A stretch of DNA of 64,000 nucleotides from Octopus vulgaris (taxonomy: Eukaryota), in the NCBI GenBank assembly GCA_951406725.2, contig OX597836.1, positions 6,262,001-6,326,000 of the forward strand, in the 5' to 3' direction. The translations under genes were made by a program, and so were the position numbers. This document shows positions 1 to 14,336 of the stretch, in pieces; position 1 is the first letter of the stretch; every line of letters begins with the position of its first letter. The notes under the pieces were generated by a model. The model was not told where the DNA came from and searched no databases. It saw only the letters and a list, made by a program, of their open reading frames with translations.

Positions 1-600
1 GGGTCGATTTGCTCCACTAAAGGCGATGCTCCAGCATGGTCGCAGATAAATGATAAAGAATATGTATATACATATGTGTGTATGTATATATATTTATGCA
101 TACGTATATGTGTGTACATGCATGTATATATATATATACATACATACACACGTTCGCATACATACACGCGCGTACGCATACATACACGCGCGTACGCATA
201 CATACACGCACGTACGCATACATACATACACATATGTGTGTGTGTGTTTTGATTTATTTGCATATTATATTTGAAATTTTTTACTTATATCTCTTTATCT
301 TTTTACTATTACTGTATATCTCATTTCATTTTATATATTGCCTTTACTCATATGTAATGGTGTATTAAAGTATGGATTGAGTATCATCGGATAGTTGATG
401 TTTTACTGATTTAAGTATGTTCCTCCATTCTCTAATTTTGTAGTATATATATATATATACATGTTTGTGTATATTTGCATACATAATTACATTTGTGTGT
501 ATATATACATATATACTTATGCATACATGCATATTTATTAATAAATAAATACTGCGTGTGTGTACGCGCGTGCATACATATATACATCTTAATATACATG

Positions 601-644
<44 letters not shown>

Positions 645-1269
645 TGAAATTTCTACACGCACAATACACACAAACATGTTTTGATATACATCTCTAAACA
701 CACACATACAAACAGTAACACACACGCTCCCAAGATGTCTAAATACATGTATCTTTTCATGCACCATGCCTTGAGGCGTCGGCGTTCACAGGTCTCCGCG
801 CGCTCCTTTCACGCACCGACCCTCCCTCCATTTCTGCCGTTGAATCTAAGATAAAAAAAATCACTTGAATATTCATGATTTTTCTTTGGAAAGATCAAGC
901 AAGGTCTCCCGCCACTTGCTGCCGATTCTTTTTTTACAGTTCCCGCTGATGGTTTCTTATTCTTTCTTTTGATGATGAGGGCAAGGGTCAGGAAGAGGGA
1001 GTGCTTCCCTTTATATGAAGGCATTCATATACACCGCTGGTTTATGTGTCTTGGGTCTAGGCCTTCTCTGAAACCTAATATGGTAGTAATCATTTATTAA
1101 ATCAAGCTTACGGATGCAGGCGTGTCTGCGTTAAGAATTTTGCTTGCCAAATACATGGTTCAGGGTTCAACCACTGCATGGCATTTGAGATAAGTATCAT
1201 TATAATATAGCTCTGGGTCGACCAAAACCTTACCAGTCGACTTGGCAAACGGAAACTGAAAGAATTTCA

Positions 1270-1348
<79 letters not shown>

Positions 1349-2469
1349 GTGATCCACTAGGCTATCAGATGCTACAGATCGCTGGTCACAATGCGCTTTT
1401 GCGTTGTTTTAGCCTACAAATTGACGCCAATATTTCCCCCATCCCCCGGTCGAAAGGGGAACTGGAGTAACGTGAAATGAAGTGTTTTGCTCAAGATCTC
1501 AAAGCGTCACCCAGGCAGGGAATCGAACCTACTATCTAGCAATGGTGAGTGTAACAGCCTAACCACTAGGCCACAAGTGTATGTACGTGGGTGTGTGTGT
1601 GTGTTCGTTATCACCGCCTGACAACTGGTGCTGGTTTATTTATGTCCACGTAACTTGCCCTTCGGCCAAAAAGAGCCCGAGACGATATGTACCAGACTTA
1701 AAGAGTAATTTGTTTAATTATGCGGTGCTCCAGCATAGCCACATTCTAATAACTGAAACGAAAGATACACACGTCTCTTATATTTATATCTATATGTGAC
1801 AGAGAGAGGGGGGAGTATGCTTAGTAACATCTCGTCAATCTTTGCGTCTTGCGTTCAAATTCCGCTGAGGTCGACTCTGCCTTGCATTAAATAGCGTCGA
1901 TAAAATAAGTACCAGTTGGGGACTGAGGGTCAACGTAATGGACTTATCCTCTCCGACCGAACTTGTTGGCCTTGTGCCAAAAAATTGAAACCAATATTTA
2001 CTTGGAAACATTATTTTATAGTTTTTATTTATTTCAGGCGTTTGACTGAGGTCATGCTGGAGTACCGCCTTAAAGGGTTTTTTAGTCGAAGAAATCGACC
2101 CCAGCACTTATTTTATCGGTCTCCTTGGCTGAACTGCTGTTACGGGGACGTAAACACACCAACATCAGGTATCAAGAGATGCTGGGAGAACAGACAGATA
2201 CACGCGTGTATGTATATATGTATATACATACATACACACGCTGGGCTTCTTTCAGTTTCTGTCTACCAAATCCACTCACAAGGCTTTGGTCGACCCGATG
2301 CTATAGCAGAAGACACTTGCCCAAGGTTCCGCACAGTGGCATTGAACACAGAACCATGTGGTTGGGAAGGATATTTTAAACATCAAATGGCTGTCTTTTG
2401 GTCCACCTGAGTAAAACAGGAATCAAACGAGTCCATAGGTAGAAAAATGGTTGAGAATCGCTGAACTAC

Positions 2470-2870
2470 GATGTTCAGGTTAAGAGCACGTTGGAGTACT
2501 GTACCTACATCCGATACGCTGCTGTTGCTACGCAAAGTGCCATCTTGGACCGCATCCAAAGAAGGGTCACTTAGCTGACCGACACACTCAACTCTGACCC
2601 AATGGCGTGCCGTCTCCTCTGTCGCTTCCGTAACGGGTTCTAGCTTCGGAGCTAGCTGGTCACGTGCCTCTACACGACTCAGGCATCCCCTACTCACTCG
2701 TCTCTCGTCACCCTTGTTGCATCGCATCCAACCCCCACTCTCCCCTTACTATCATTATCCTTAATCCTTCTTCCACAGAACCTATCTCCCTCTGGAATCC
2801 TGTTCCCGCTCATTCCTTTCTGGCAGGTGGTGAATTGTAACAGTTTGAACGGAATATTAATGGAATCACT
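2470..2870 (+). mobile_element. Highly decayed LINE 3' remnant (CR1/L2/Jockey-like)
   Basis: Residual motifs QV..TLEYC, LDRIQRR and FFHRT..LWN..P across broken frames. Confidence 0.55.
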
Positions 2871-3406
2871 CAGTTTGGATGGGCTCAGCTCCTTCCTCCA
2901 CTCACAAGTTAGATTATGTTAAACACATTTGTTTAAGAATACATACACGCCCATTCATGCAATAATATATATATATATATATATATACATACACACACAC
3001 ATGTATGAATGATGAATATATGTGTATATAAACATTTGTATACATATATATATGCACAAACATACATACAATTTTATATATATACAGATTTATACACGTT
3101 TAGGAATGCATTTATTATATATACACGCGTTTACACATACATTTATACATAATATATACACATACATTATGCACACATGATTATGTACATAGACATTTTC
3201 ACATGATTAGACGTCTACGTCTATACATATACATTCGTAGATATACACACCTATACATACACCTATATGTAAACAACTGTGTGTGTATACATACACGATA
3301 GTTATATATTTTAGACATGTATAACAAATATATAATATACATATAAACCTATATAATATATTCATTCTTAACATATGATACTTAAACATGACATACATAT
3401 GCACAA

Positions 3407-3448
<42 letters not shown>

Positions 3449-6109
3449 GCAATATAGCTACTGTGCTGGTTATATATATATTTATATATATATTATACAC
3501 CCACACACAAATATGGGCTTGCGTATCAATGCACTTTCGAATATATAAGCACACTTTGAAATCTTAAAAAATACCATACACAAAATATTTTAACTATCTT
3601 ACATACGAAATATTCTACAGAAACATGTATCTATCTATCTATAATTATATACATACATACATACATACATGCAAATATTTTTTTTTAAATGTACTCACAC
3701 ACACACAACAAAAACACTCATTCACACTTGAAAAAAAAAAAGAAAAGAGATTCTAATAGCAACTCTCCCATCATGCTCTTTGTTAGTGGAACATTATGAG
3801 GCGCCATTATTATCGTCTGCTAGTTTAATCGCCAACAGCAAGAAGAGCTTTTCTTCAGTGAAATAGCAGAAAGAAGAGAGCAAATGGGAAACATTTCAAG
3901 AAAAAAATATCATAGCAAACATCTCTATCTATAACAATGTGAGAAATATTTCCATTTTTGTTTTTTACCCTTTTATTATTAACATTATTATTATCATCAT
4001 TATTATCATTATTATCATTATTATTATTATTATTATTATTTCGCTCCGCTCCTGTAATTTTCTTCCTGCCTCTCTTTACTATACCGTCGTGTGTCTATGA
4101 GTGTGTTACAAAGTACAGTTTGCTATGCAAAGTATGCAGTGTATGTATACGTGTGCGTGTACGAAAGTGTGTAACAAAACTGCGTAGTCTTTGAGTAACA
4201 AGAGTAAATATGTGGTGGAGCGGGGTACGATTTTAAGCAAGCAATTTTGTGTGTATACAAAAGTACTTCGTATGTATGTGAGTGATTGTATAAGATTAAA
4301 AAAAAGCTGTGTATAGAATAATAAGAGCCTGTAGAATGAATGCGCGTATGTAGAATAAAGTGTGTAGTGACGGTACGTACAAAAAAAAGTGGTATATTTG
4401 TGTACGTGTGTATAATAGTGTGTTCATACATCTGTGTGTGTATGTGTTTATGTATGAAAAGTTTGTATGTATATGAAAAAGTATGCAGTCTTCTGTGTGT
4501 GTGTAGATTGAAACAGAACACGAGATAATGGATGAACTCCAGGTTATAGGAGTAAAAGAAGAATTTTGCGGTAGAAACACGTTCTCATTTATGCATTGAT
4601 GTGCACAGGAAATCAATTTTATTCCAGACAGATATTATATAAAAGTTCACAAAGTAGAACAGATGACTCCTCAGTCACAAAGCGGTAGGGCGGTAAATAT
4701 AACGTTACAGGTATGGCTCTTCGTAGGAGTCAAAGTGCCTCTCCAGAAACATCACGTTTGGCCTGGCTTCTTCACAGCATTATAACTTGCGACTACCTTG
4801 TGAACGCGTCATATTTATTGTACGACCACACAAACTAACAGTTTGTTTGTGTATTCTTTTACTTGTTTTAGTCATTTGACTGCGGCCATGCTGGAGTACC
4901 GCCTTTAGTTTAACAACTCAACTCGAGAATTTATTCTTTGTAAGCCTAATACTTTATCGGACACTTTTGCCGAACCGCTAAGTAATGGGGACGTAAACAC
5001 ACCAACATCTATTGTCAAGCGATGGTGGAGGTACAAGCAGACACACAACTAATACACACACACACATATATATATATCCGACGGGCTTTCAGTTTCCATC
5101 TACCAAATCCACTCACAAGACTTTGGTCAGCCCAAAACTATAGCAGAAGGCACCTGCCCAAGGTGACACGCAGTGGGACTGAACCCGGAACCATGTGGTT
5201 GGGAAGCAAGCTTATTACCACATCGCGTGCGTGCGTGCGATGACGAAACTCTCGGATGCTATATATCGCTGGTCACAATGCACTTCGCATCGTTTTAGCT
5301 TTCCAACGATGCCATCCCGCTCGCTAAGAGAGCAGACCAACATTTCTCCCGATCGGAAGGCTAATCTGTAAGAAGGTTACATATTTACAGCCGAGTGGAC
5401 GAGAACAGAGGAACCTGAAGTGTTTTGCTCAAGAAACACAATGCACAGCTGATTTGAGAGACGAAAGAGTGTTGTTATCCATGCATGGTAATCTCTGATC
5501 TTCCTCTCTTCATGCTTCTTGCGTCTTGTGTGAGAAAGGAAAGGACTGATGCAACTTTGAGCCAGTTACATCAAGATGTTGCCCTCAGTATGCAGAGATC
5601 CGGAACAGATATTCCAATCGCTAACGAAGGGGGACTTGTGGAATTAAAAGAAAGAAAAAAAGCGGCTAAGAAATAAAAGGGACAGAGCGACGAAGAGAAT
5701 TGAAGAAAGAAAAGATAGGGGCAAGTGAGATGGGGGGGGGAACAGTGGTGGGAAGAGAAAGGGTGTGAAAGAGTAGAGGACTTAGGAAGGGTATCAATAC
5801 GAGCATGAGTGAGAGTGGGAGTTTGAAATGGGGGAGAATTAAGGAAAATGTGAGGAAGAAAGAAAACGCAGGGCAAAGTAAGAAGATGAGCATAGATTAG
5901 GCTCTGACAATGCAGATTTAAGACGAAATGCATTTCGGTTCTGACGGTCCACAATCAGAAAACAAAACTGGTATTTGTGAACACATCATCTATTGTTTCC
6001 TTCCCTTTGATGTATATATATGCATATGTATGTATAAGATATATATGCATATCTATGCGTATAGGGTATTTGCATCTGCACGCAGATATACAGAAACTTG
6101 TGTGTGTGC

Positions 6110-6146
<37 letters not shown>

Positions 6147-6486
6147 CACACACACAGTTGAAATACTCCTGTCAGAACCTGGGACCTTGAAGACTACTTT
6201 AATGCAAGAAAGTATACTAGTCCCTTAATATTTGATATTCAATAAGACAATCAATACTTCATTTCATTATACTATATATTCTTTTTAAACTATATAGTCT
6301 ATATTCTACATTAATATTATAAAGAATATAAATAAAACATTAAAAAAAACAGAGTTGGAATTCCTTTGAATAATATATATATACATTCCTTTGAATATAT
6401 ATATATATATACACACACACTCAGGTACATATGTATGCAGATATACAGGAGCACATGCGTTTATTTTATAAATAGAGAGGTAGAGA

Positions 6487-6542
<56 letters not shown>

Positions 6543-7934
6543 GGGAGAGAGAGAGATGCGGTATGTATACGGCATATTTATGCATCTGTAGTATCAATGC
6601 ACACATGTACCTAGATATCTGCATATGTATATGCAGCAAGCATATGCGTATGCAGATATATGCATATGCACATGGCGTGCATGCTGATATGAAACATGTA
6701 TTTATATGAATATATGCGCATAAACATGTGAATGCAGATATGTTCATAGTAACACGTGACTAAAAACACATTCATTTGCACATGTGTTGTTGGTCAAAGT
6801 ACTGAATGGTGGAACCAAACTGTTGGGTCGTGGGTGGTTCCCAGTGTGGAACAGAAGCATTGCAAAGTTCTTGGGCTGGTTCCATACGTTGGTCTCCGTC
6901 CATGTTGGGACACCACTCGCAATAATTCTTTTGTTTTGTTTGGTTTTCTTGGATTTTGTCCCACTAAGTGGCACCTTGAGCAAGTGTATTCGACTATAGC
7001 TTCGGCTCGACCAAAAGCCTTATGATTAAATTTTGTAGACGGAAACTCAAAGAAGCTTTTGTGTGTACGTGTATGAATGAGTGGACAAACGGAAGAAAAT
7101 GGGCACTCAGAACTTTTAGGGGTTACATGTATTATTTAAACCGGTTTGATTCGGTACCATGTGACCCAGAGAATCAAAAGCCTGGAAGAGATGGGCTTCT
7201 GTTAGAGGCCTGCCATACTTCGAGTAGCATGGAACCTAATCAAACTGTTTTAATTAATGTGTGTGACAACCACAGTTCGTGTGTTTATGTCACCGTAACT
7301 TAGCAGTTCGGCAAAAAAGACTGATAGAATAAGTACTGGGGGGCGATTCGGCTAAAAATTCTCCAAGGCGGTGCCCCAGCATAGCCGCAGTCTAACGACT
7401 GAAACAAGTAAAAGATAAACCATCCTAGTATTTTACCCTCTACTTATTGGCCTCGGAGTAAAACGAAAGCCGAAGATGTAAACGAAAACCAGAATAACCC
7501 TTAGTTATTTCCGTATCATGCGTTTATTTTTTGCTATATATCTATACACAGACACACACAGCAACACCCTTACACACGTGTATGTGTCTGTGTGTGTTTG
7601 TTGCCTGGTTTGGGGTCGTTCACGGCTAAACTGGTAAATCCACCAAGCCCGCTTAGTAAACAGGGTGGTTGTAGTCGTTTGACCAAATTGTCACGCGGTA
7701 GGATCGAACACTGAACTACGCAACTGGAAACGATTCTTAATCCCGCCTAGTTCAAGTAGGAAACTTGCAGTCATGTTGACATCCTAAAACGAAAAGTAGG
7801 ATATAAAGAAATGTGGAAACCCTAATATCGGTTTCAAATTTCGATACAAGACTTGGAATTTGGGGAGAGGGTGCTATTACATCGACCCCAGTGTTCAGCT
7901 AGTACTTAATTTATCGACTCCTGAAAGGATACGA

Positions 7935-7990
<56 letters not shown>

Positions 7991-8222
7991 CTTTATTACC
8001 CACAAGGGGCTAAACACAGAGAGGACAAACAAGGACAGACAAACGGATTAAGTCGATTACATCGACCCCAGGGCGTAACTGGTACTTAATTTATCGACCC
8101 CGAAAAGATGAAAGGCAAAGTCGACCTCAGTGGAATTTGAACTCAGAACGTAGCGGCAGACGAAATACGGCTACGCATTCATTTCGCCCGGCGTGCTAAC
8201 GATTCTGCCAGCTCGCCGCCTG

Positions 8223-8268
<46 letters not shown>

Positions 8269-8416
8269 CCGTGTTACAACAATAAAGAGTCCAGGGTTGG
8301 GGTATTGGACAAGCTTAGGAATAGATGGTGTGCAAGGTCACAATGAAGTATTGTTCTGGGTTGCAAAAAGCCGACACTTACCAGTGTGTGCGGGAGTGCA
8401 CGTATGTATATGCATG

Positions 8417-8463
<47 letters not shown>

Positions 8464-8792
8464 TAAAAGTAGATAACTATTTCTGTTCATCGCTCAGTCT
8501 AAAAGGGATCATTTAATGGTTTCTGTGAGAGGAAATTGGTAAATTGTTCTGTGGAAGCCATATTTACATTCTACTCAATTCCCGAAATGTGCACTTTGTT
8601 ACTCTACCAGGCAACCACCACCACCAATCTCCCCATTTTGCTGTCGAATCCACTCTAGAAGCTGAAAATAAATTTAATTAATAGGTCTTACCCACCAGTG
8701 CTTCTTATACATATATATATATATATATATATGTATACACACATACACACACTCACATATATAATGACCTTGTAAACATAAGTGTGTGTGAG

Positions 8793-8831
<39 letters not shown>

Positions 8832-10859
8832 CGATCTTTGTGTTTGTGTGTGTAAACGATCTTGGTTATGTGGTAAGTGTCTTGCTTCCCAACCACATGG
8901 CTCCAGGTTCAGCCCCACTGCGTAGCCGACCAAGCCTTGTGAATGGATTTGGTAGACGGAAACTGAAAGCCCGTCGTATGTGTGTCTGTGTTTGTCCCCC
9001 CTACCATCACTTACTTGACAGCTGATGTTGGTGTCTTTACTTCTCCGTGACTTAGCGGTTCGGTAAAATTGACCGATGGAATAAGTACTAGGCTTACAAA
9101 GAATAAGACCTGTAGTCGATTTGTTTGACTAAAGGCTGTGCTGCAGCATGGCCGCAGTTAAAATATCAACCTTCCAGGCTTGATATTTTAAGTACCAGTG
9201 CAATACTGGTATCGATGTAATCAACTAGTCCCTTTCCCCAAAAATTCTAGGCCTTGTGCCTATAGTAGAAAGGGTGATTATTATTATTATCATTATTATT
9301 ATTATTATTATCATTATTATTATTATTATTATTATCATTATTAAGGCGGTGAACAAGCAGAATCGTTACCACACTGGAACAATGCTTAGTGGGATTTCGT
9401 TCCGAATTCAAATTCTGCCGAGGTCGACTTTGCCTTTGATCCTTTCGAGGTCGATTAAATAAGTACCAGTTACGCACTGGGGGTTGATGTAGTTGACATA
9501 ATCCATTTGTTTGTCCTTGTTTGTTCCCTCTATGTTTAGTCCCCTGTAGGCAATAAAAAATAAATAATACATAGGTGCCGGCATGTTGCTTCCCAACCAC
9601 ATATTGTCGGGTTCAGTCCCACTGTGTGAAACCTTGGGTCAATGTCATCTAATATTACTCCGTGTCGACCATGCCTTGTGAGCACATTTGGTAGACGGAA
9701 ACTGAAAGAAGCCTGTCGTGTACATATATGCGTACGTGAGTATCCCGCTAGACTGCTTGACAACCCCTGTTGGTGTGTTAAGGCACCCGTAACCTAGCGG
9801 TTCGGCAAAAGAAGACCAATAGATTAAATACCAGGCCTTAAAAATACTTTCGCCAAGGTGGTGCTCCAGCATGGCCACGATCTAATGACTGAAACAAGAT
9901 AAACAAGAAATGGCCCAAGAACCTGACGGGTTGTATGTTTATTGACTCGGAAGAACTAAAGGCAGAGTTGACCTCAGCAGGTTTTGAACTCGGGACACTA
10001 CGACACGAAACAATTAGCCCGAGGACAAGGCATTTGGCCGACACTGTAAATATTCTGCCTTTTATAATAAGAAATCATAATTATCAAATTGTTGAGTAAT
10101 TGAATTCTTTGTAGCCCGATCGATCGATCGAACAATCAATCATTCAATTACCAAAAAAAATGGTGTCGAGCCAACGAGAGGGCCTGGACTTGTTTACTCG
10201 CCCAGCTAGAAACAGCAGCCAAACCTCCATCAAATAACAATAATACTTTAATGTGTTTTAAAGAAAAACATTGGTTCAAATCGTCCTAATCCTCCATTCT
10301 TCTTTATGTTTTGATTATATAATCCAACGGAGCGATCCCAGGATTTCCTTATCAAATGGATGTACTGTCTACTTTAGACGATTCTGAATATTGCCTGTCA
10401 TTCGGTGGGGTTAGCCAAATCTGAATTATATCAGAGCGAGGATAAGGGGCCCTTTCGTATATATGTGTATATATGTGTGTGTGTTTGTGTGTCTGTCTCC
10501 CCAACATCGTTTGACAACCGATGCTGGTGTGTTTACGTCCGCGTAACTTAGCGGTTCGGCAAAACAGACCGATAGAATAAGTACTAGGCTTACAAAGAAT
10601 AAGTCTTGGGGGTCAATTTGCTCGACTACGCAAAACTTAATTTCGATCAACGCATCTCATGGTTATGAGCCCAGAACTCTTTCTCAACGAGAAAGTATAT
10701 ATAATGAGTCGGTTATCTTATGTCCACAATTATCTTTACAATATGAAGTATTTAGAAGAAATGGGGATCACTTCGAGTGTACTGGAAAACATAGCCAAAT
10801 AAACCCACATTAGGTTGCATTGGGTGCTGAGTTAGCGTTTTTTTCCGAATTTTGCAGAC

Positions 10860-11325
10860 TGTAAAGACAGATGGACAGATTGTAAAGGTAATTTATGGAC
10901 ACTTTGTAAAGGTAATTTATGGACACTTTGTAAAGACAATTTATGGACACTTTGTAAAGACAATTTATGGACACTTTGTAAAGACAATTTATGGACACTT
11001 TGTAAAGACAATTTATGGACCTTTGTAAAGACAATTTATGGACACTTTGTAAAGACAATTTATGGACACTTTGTAAAGACAATTTATGGACACTTTGTAA
11101 AGACAATTTATGGACACTTTGTAAAGACAATTTATGGACAACATATATCTTATCTATGCATTGGACTGTGTCAAACGTATGAAATATTGTAACTCCACAA
11201 TATTAGTCCAAGAGTCACAATTTATGGACACTTTGTAAAGACAATTTATGGACAACATATCTATGCATTGGACTGTGTCAAACGTATGAAATATTGTAAC
11301 TCCACAATATTAGTCCAAGAGTCAC
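10860..11325. repeat. 24-bp minisatellite (GGACACTTTGTAAAGACAATTTAT, about 11 copies) plus a tandem duplication of about 110 bp
   Basis: Unit visible from about 10870 to 11140. The block tctatgcattggactgtgtcaaacg...agagtcaca occurs twice (about 11150-11219 and 11260-11326). Confidence 0.95.
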
Positions 11326-11435
11326 ATTTTACAAATCCCATGCGAAAATTTCTTCACTTTTCTCTCTCTTCATTATCTCTCTTATCAGAGAGCAATCGAT
11401 CTCGCTAGTCTGTTCTTAAAATTATAGAACCTTAC

Positions 11436-11646
11436 CTTAGTGACACTGTGAGCAAATATCTTGTTGCACTTGGCCAGTTTCCTTATGTCCCAGATGTTCA
11501 CCACACCGTCGTCGCCACCACTAGCGAGGTAGTATTCGCTCGGTGAGAACTTCAAGTTGAGGACTGATCTGTGTCGCCCTACGTAGGTAACCAGCTCTGT
11601 CGGTTGTCGCTCGTCGTGCAAACAAATGTTGCCAGCCATTGAACCA
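11436..11646 (-). CDS. Cdc20-like exon 5 (WD40 repeats 3-4); the gene should continue toward lower coordinates
   Basis: tttcctctcag|T...CTAAG|GTAAGG, 211 nt, phase 2 to 0. SGSMAGNICLHDERQ...HRSVLNLKFSPSEYYLASGGDDGVVNIWD...HSVTK aligns with SGSRSG.I..HDVR...LASGGNDN.V.VW...H..AVK. Confidence 0.93.
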
Positions 11647-12615
11647 CTGAGAGGAAAAACAAAAAGCAAATATTTTATTGTTCAATCGTTTCGGTTACTG
11701 GACTGCGGCCATGCTGGGGCACCGCTTTGAAGGGTTTAGTCAAACTAATTGACCCCAATACATATTTCCAGTTTAAGTCAGATTCTTGTAGGGCCCTTTT
11801 GAGGAACCACTAAGGTATGGGACAAGAAAACACTAACACCAGTTGTTGTCGTAGGGATGGGGTGTAAATACACACAAGTGTATATATATGTGTGTGTGTG
11901 TGTGTGCTTGCAAGTAATAGACATGCATACTTACGTTACGTATTCGGTAATCAGACAGTTGTTTGATAAAATGGTAAACCGTAGAACAGACATAACATAC
12001 TCTAACCCAAGTATATCCATGTGTGTGTGTGTGTGTATGTGTGTGAGCTTATGAACGTGTGTGATCGTATGTGTGAACGTGTGTGTGAACGTGTGTGAAC
12101 GCGTGAGCGTGTGCGCCCGAGTGCGTGCGCCCGAATGCGTGTGTACACAAATGAAAAATTGTTTCTGTGCCAAATATGTGCAGTCACATTGTGCGTCTTC
12201 CAAACCTTTACAAAGTGTCCATAAATTTCCTTTACAAAGGGTCTTTGCAGAGAAGCACAAGCACACCTTTGATGCATGTCTGAGAAAATGCCTCTCTAAT
12301 GTCTAAAACAGTTGGTACAGAAACACCTGTAATGAATCATTAAAGACGATTCGGGGTCGATAAATTAAGTACCAATGAAACATTGGGGTCAATGTAATCC
12401 GTTAGCTCCCTCCCCACGAATTTCTGGACTTGTTATCTCTACCTTTATTTTAATACGGATCGGTGGTAGAGATAAAATTACTTCTGCGGTCGATGAATTT
12501 GGTACCAGTTTTATACTGGGGTCGACTAAATCATCTAAACCTCCTCCTCTACTAAACGTGCGTGACCTTGTATCCCATACTAGAAATCATTACTGGTTGT
12601 TTCCCTTATCTTTTT

Positions 12616-12665
<50 letters not shown>

Positions 12666-12848
12666 ATATATGTATATAATTACCACTTAAATTGCTCTCT
12701 CTCTGATTAAGTTAAACACTTGTCCTATTGCCCTCGAGATATTCCCGCTAAGAAGTTAAACCGAAAAGCACGCAGAACCTTGAAATTTAAACTTCGACAA
12801 TTAACAAATTAAAAAATTAAAAAAAGAAATCAAATACATACACACACG

Positions 12849-12900
<52 letters not shown>

Positions 12901-14238
12901 GGTAAAATGCGTGCATCTAATTTGAAAGCGCGATTTGTTTATTAAAGTGTGTAGCGAGAGCAGCTAGCTAGAAGTTAATTGATTAAAAGAACGGCGCATG
13001 GCAACTAACCATTCATTCGTGGCTCTTGTGTTATTTTGCAGAAGGAATTAAACCTTACCATAGCCAGATAGATGCATACATACATACATACGTAGATGGA
13101 GGTTTTACTGCATGTTGTTATTGTAATTAAATTTATAGGTATTGTAGTTCTTACAGTTGAAATTGTTCGTGTTGTTGTTGTTGTTGTTACATTTTGATTT
13201 CGTAAATTTGCCAAAGAAACCGCTGTACTTGAACTCAACGACACACCAATTTAAATTTAATTAAATTGATATTGTTTTAAAGGCTGTACGAAGTATGTGT
13301 GGTTTAAGGCAGAGTAATTTATACATAAACAGCAGCGCTAGCACTGTTTGTCCCTTACCGAAGACGCAGTCTTTGAATTCACTTATTCTGGAAATATATA
13401 CATTTTAACTCCCTCAAGGCTTTCTTTTGTCGCTCCTCCTTCGTGAAATTAACTACAAATGATGATCATTAGAATGGATGAATTAAACCATCACTTTGTT
13501 TAACGCCATCTTATTCTGAAGTATTCCACTCTAGCGCAAGCATTGAGCGGAACGAGAAGTAGAGCGCGTCAGCCATCTTGAAAAAGAAACTAGACAATGT
13601 GGATGATGGGATCTTGGGTTCCCTGCGCTTTAAATGAAAGGGGATGGTCACGGTTGAAATGCCCTTTATCAGTTTTGTGCTTAATCAGGACTGATCAGAT
13701 GCTAACCAACAACAACAAAGGAGAGCTTGACAGGAATCGAACTCAAAGGAGCTGTTACTAAATGCTATAAGCCACTTTGTTCGACGCACCGTTAATTAAT
13801 TCTTACGTTAATATATGTGAGAGAGAGAGAGGGGGAGGAAATAGGCGCAGGTGTAGGTGAGGGGTAAGAAACTTACTTCCCAACCAAATGGTTCAGGGTT
13901 CAGTCCCACAGCGTGGCTCGTTGGACAAGTGTCTTCTATTATAGCCTTGGGTCGACCAAAACCTTGCGAGTGACGGAAACTGAAAGAAGACCTTCGTGCG
14001 TGTGCGCGTCTGTCTGTGTGGCTACCGGTTGATAACTGCTGTTGACTTATTTATGTCCCCATCACTTAGCAGTTCGGCGTAAGGGACCGATAGAATAAGT
14101 ATCAGGATTTAAAACTAAGTAGCCGAATAAGTAACTCATTCGGCTAAAAAGTTTTCAAGGCGGTGCCCCAGCATGGGCTGCAGTTAGTGAACGAAACATG
14201 TAAAAAGGCATAAAAGAAAATGTCGATAGTCAACCGAC

Positions 14239-14336
14239 CTACAGAAACTGGTGTTATTCCAAGCAAGGCTCGCGATGTGACTTCTTTCACTGCTGCGAAA
14301 ACTTATGATTAGTTTCGTTCTTTCGGCATCCAGAAG
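14239..14336 (-). CDS. Cdc20-like exon 4 (absent from the ORF track)
   Basis: catttgtag|CTT...TGTAG|GTCGGT, 98 nt, phase 0 to 2. LLDAERTKLIISFRSSERSHIASLAWNNTSFC(S) aligns with Cdc20 LWD....KRLR....H..RV.SLSWN...LSS. Confidence 0.88.

Noticed and set aside
809-1070. Possible minus-strand exon or ORF in unique sequence
   Set aside because: There is no WD40 or other recognisable similarity, and the phase-0 frame after the acceptor closes quickly.
1916-2410. Recurrent ORFs containing YQIHSQG...EDTCPRCHAVGLN or RLPNPLTRLWS
   Set aside because: They are chance translations of SINE family A, seen at many copies.
8600-8662. Candidate Cdc20-like exon 6 (ttttcag|LLEWIRQQNGEIGGGGCL), possibly joined to DWNICSGSL near 5580-5635
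   Set aside because: Similarity to ALAWCPW...ATGGG...IWN is weak, the spacing from W to GGG is off, splice sites are poor and stops follow closely. The real exon is more likely outside the window.
10870-11140. CRISPR-like regular repeats
   Set aside because: The units are contiguous with no unique spacers, the context is eukaryotic and there are no cas genes.
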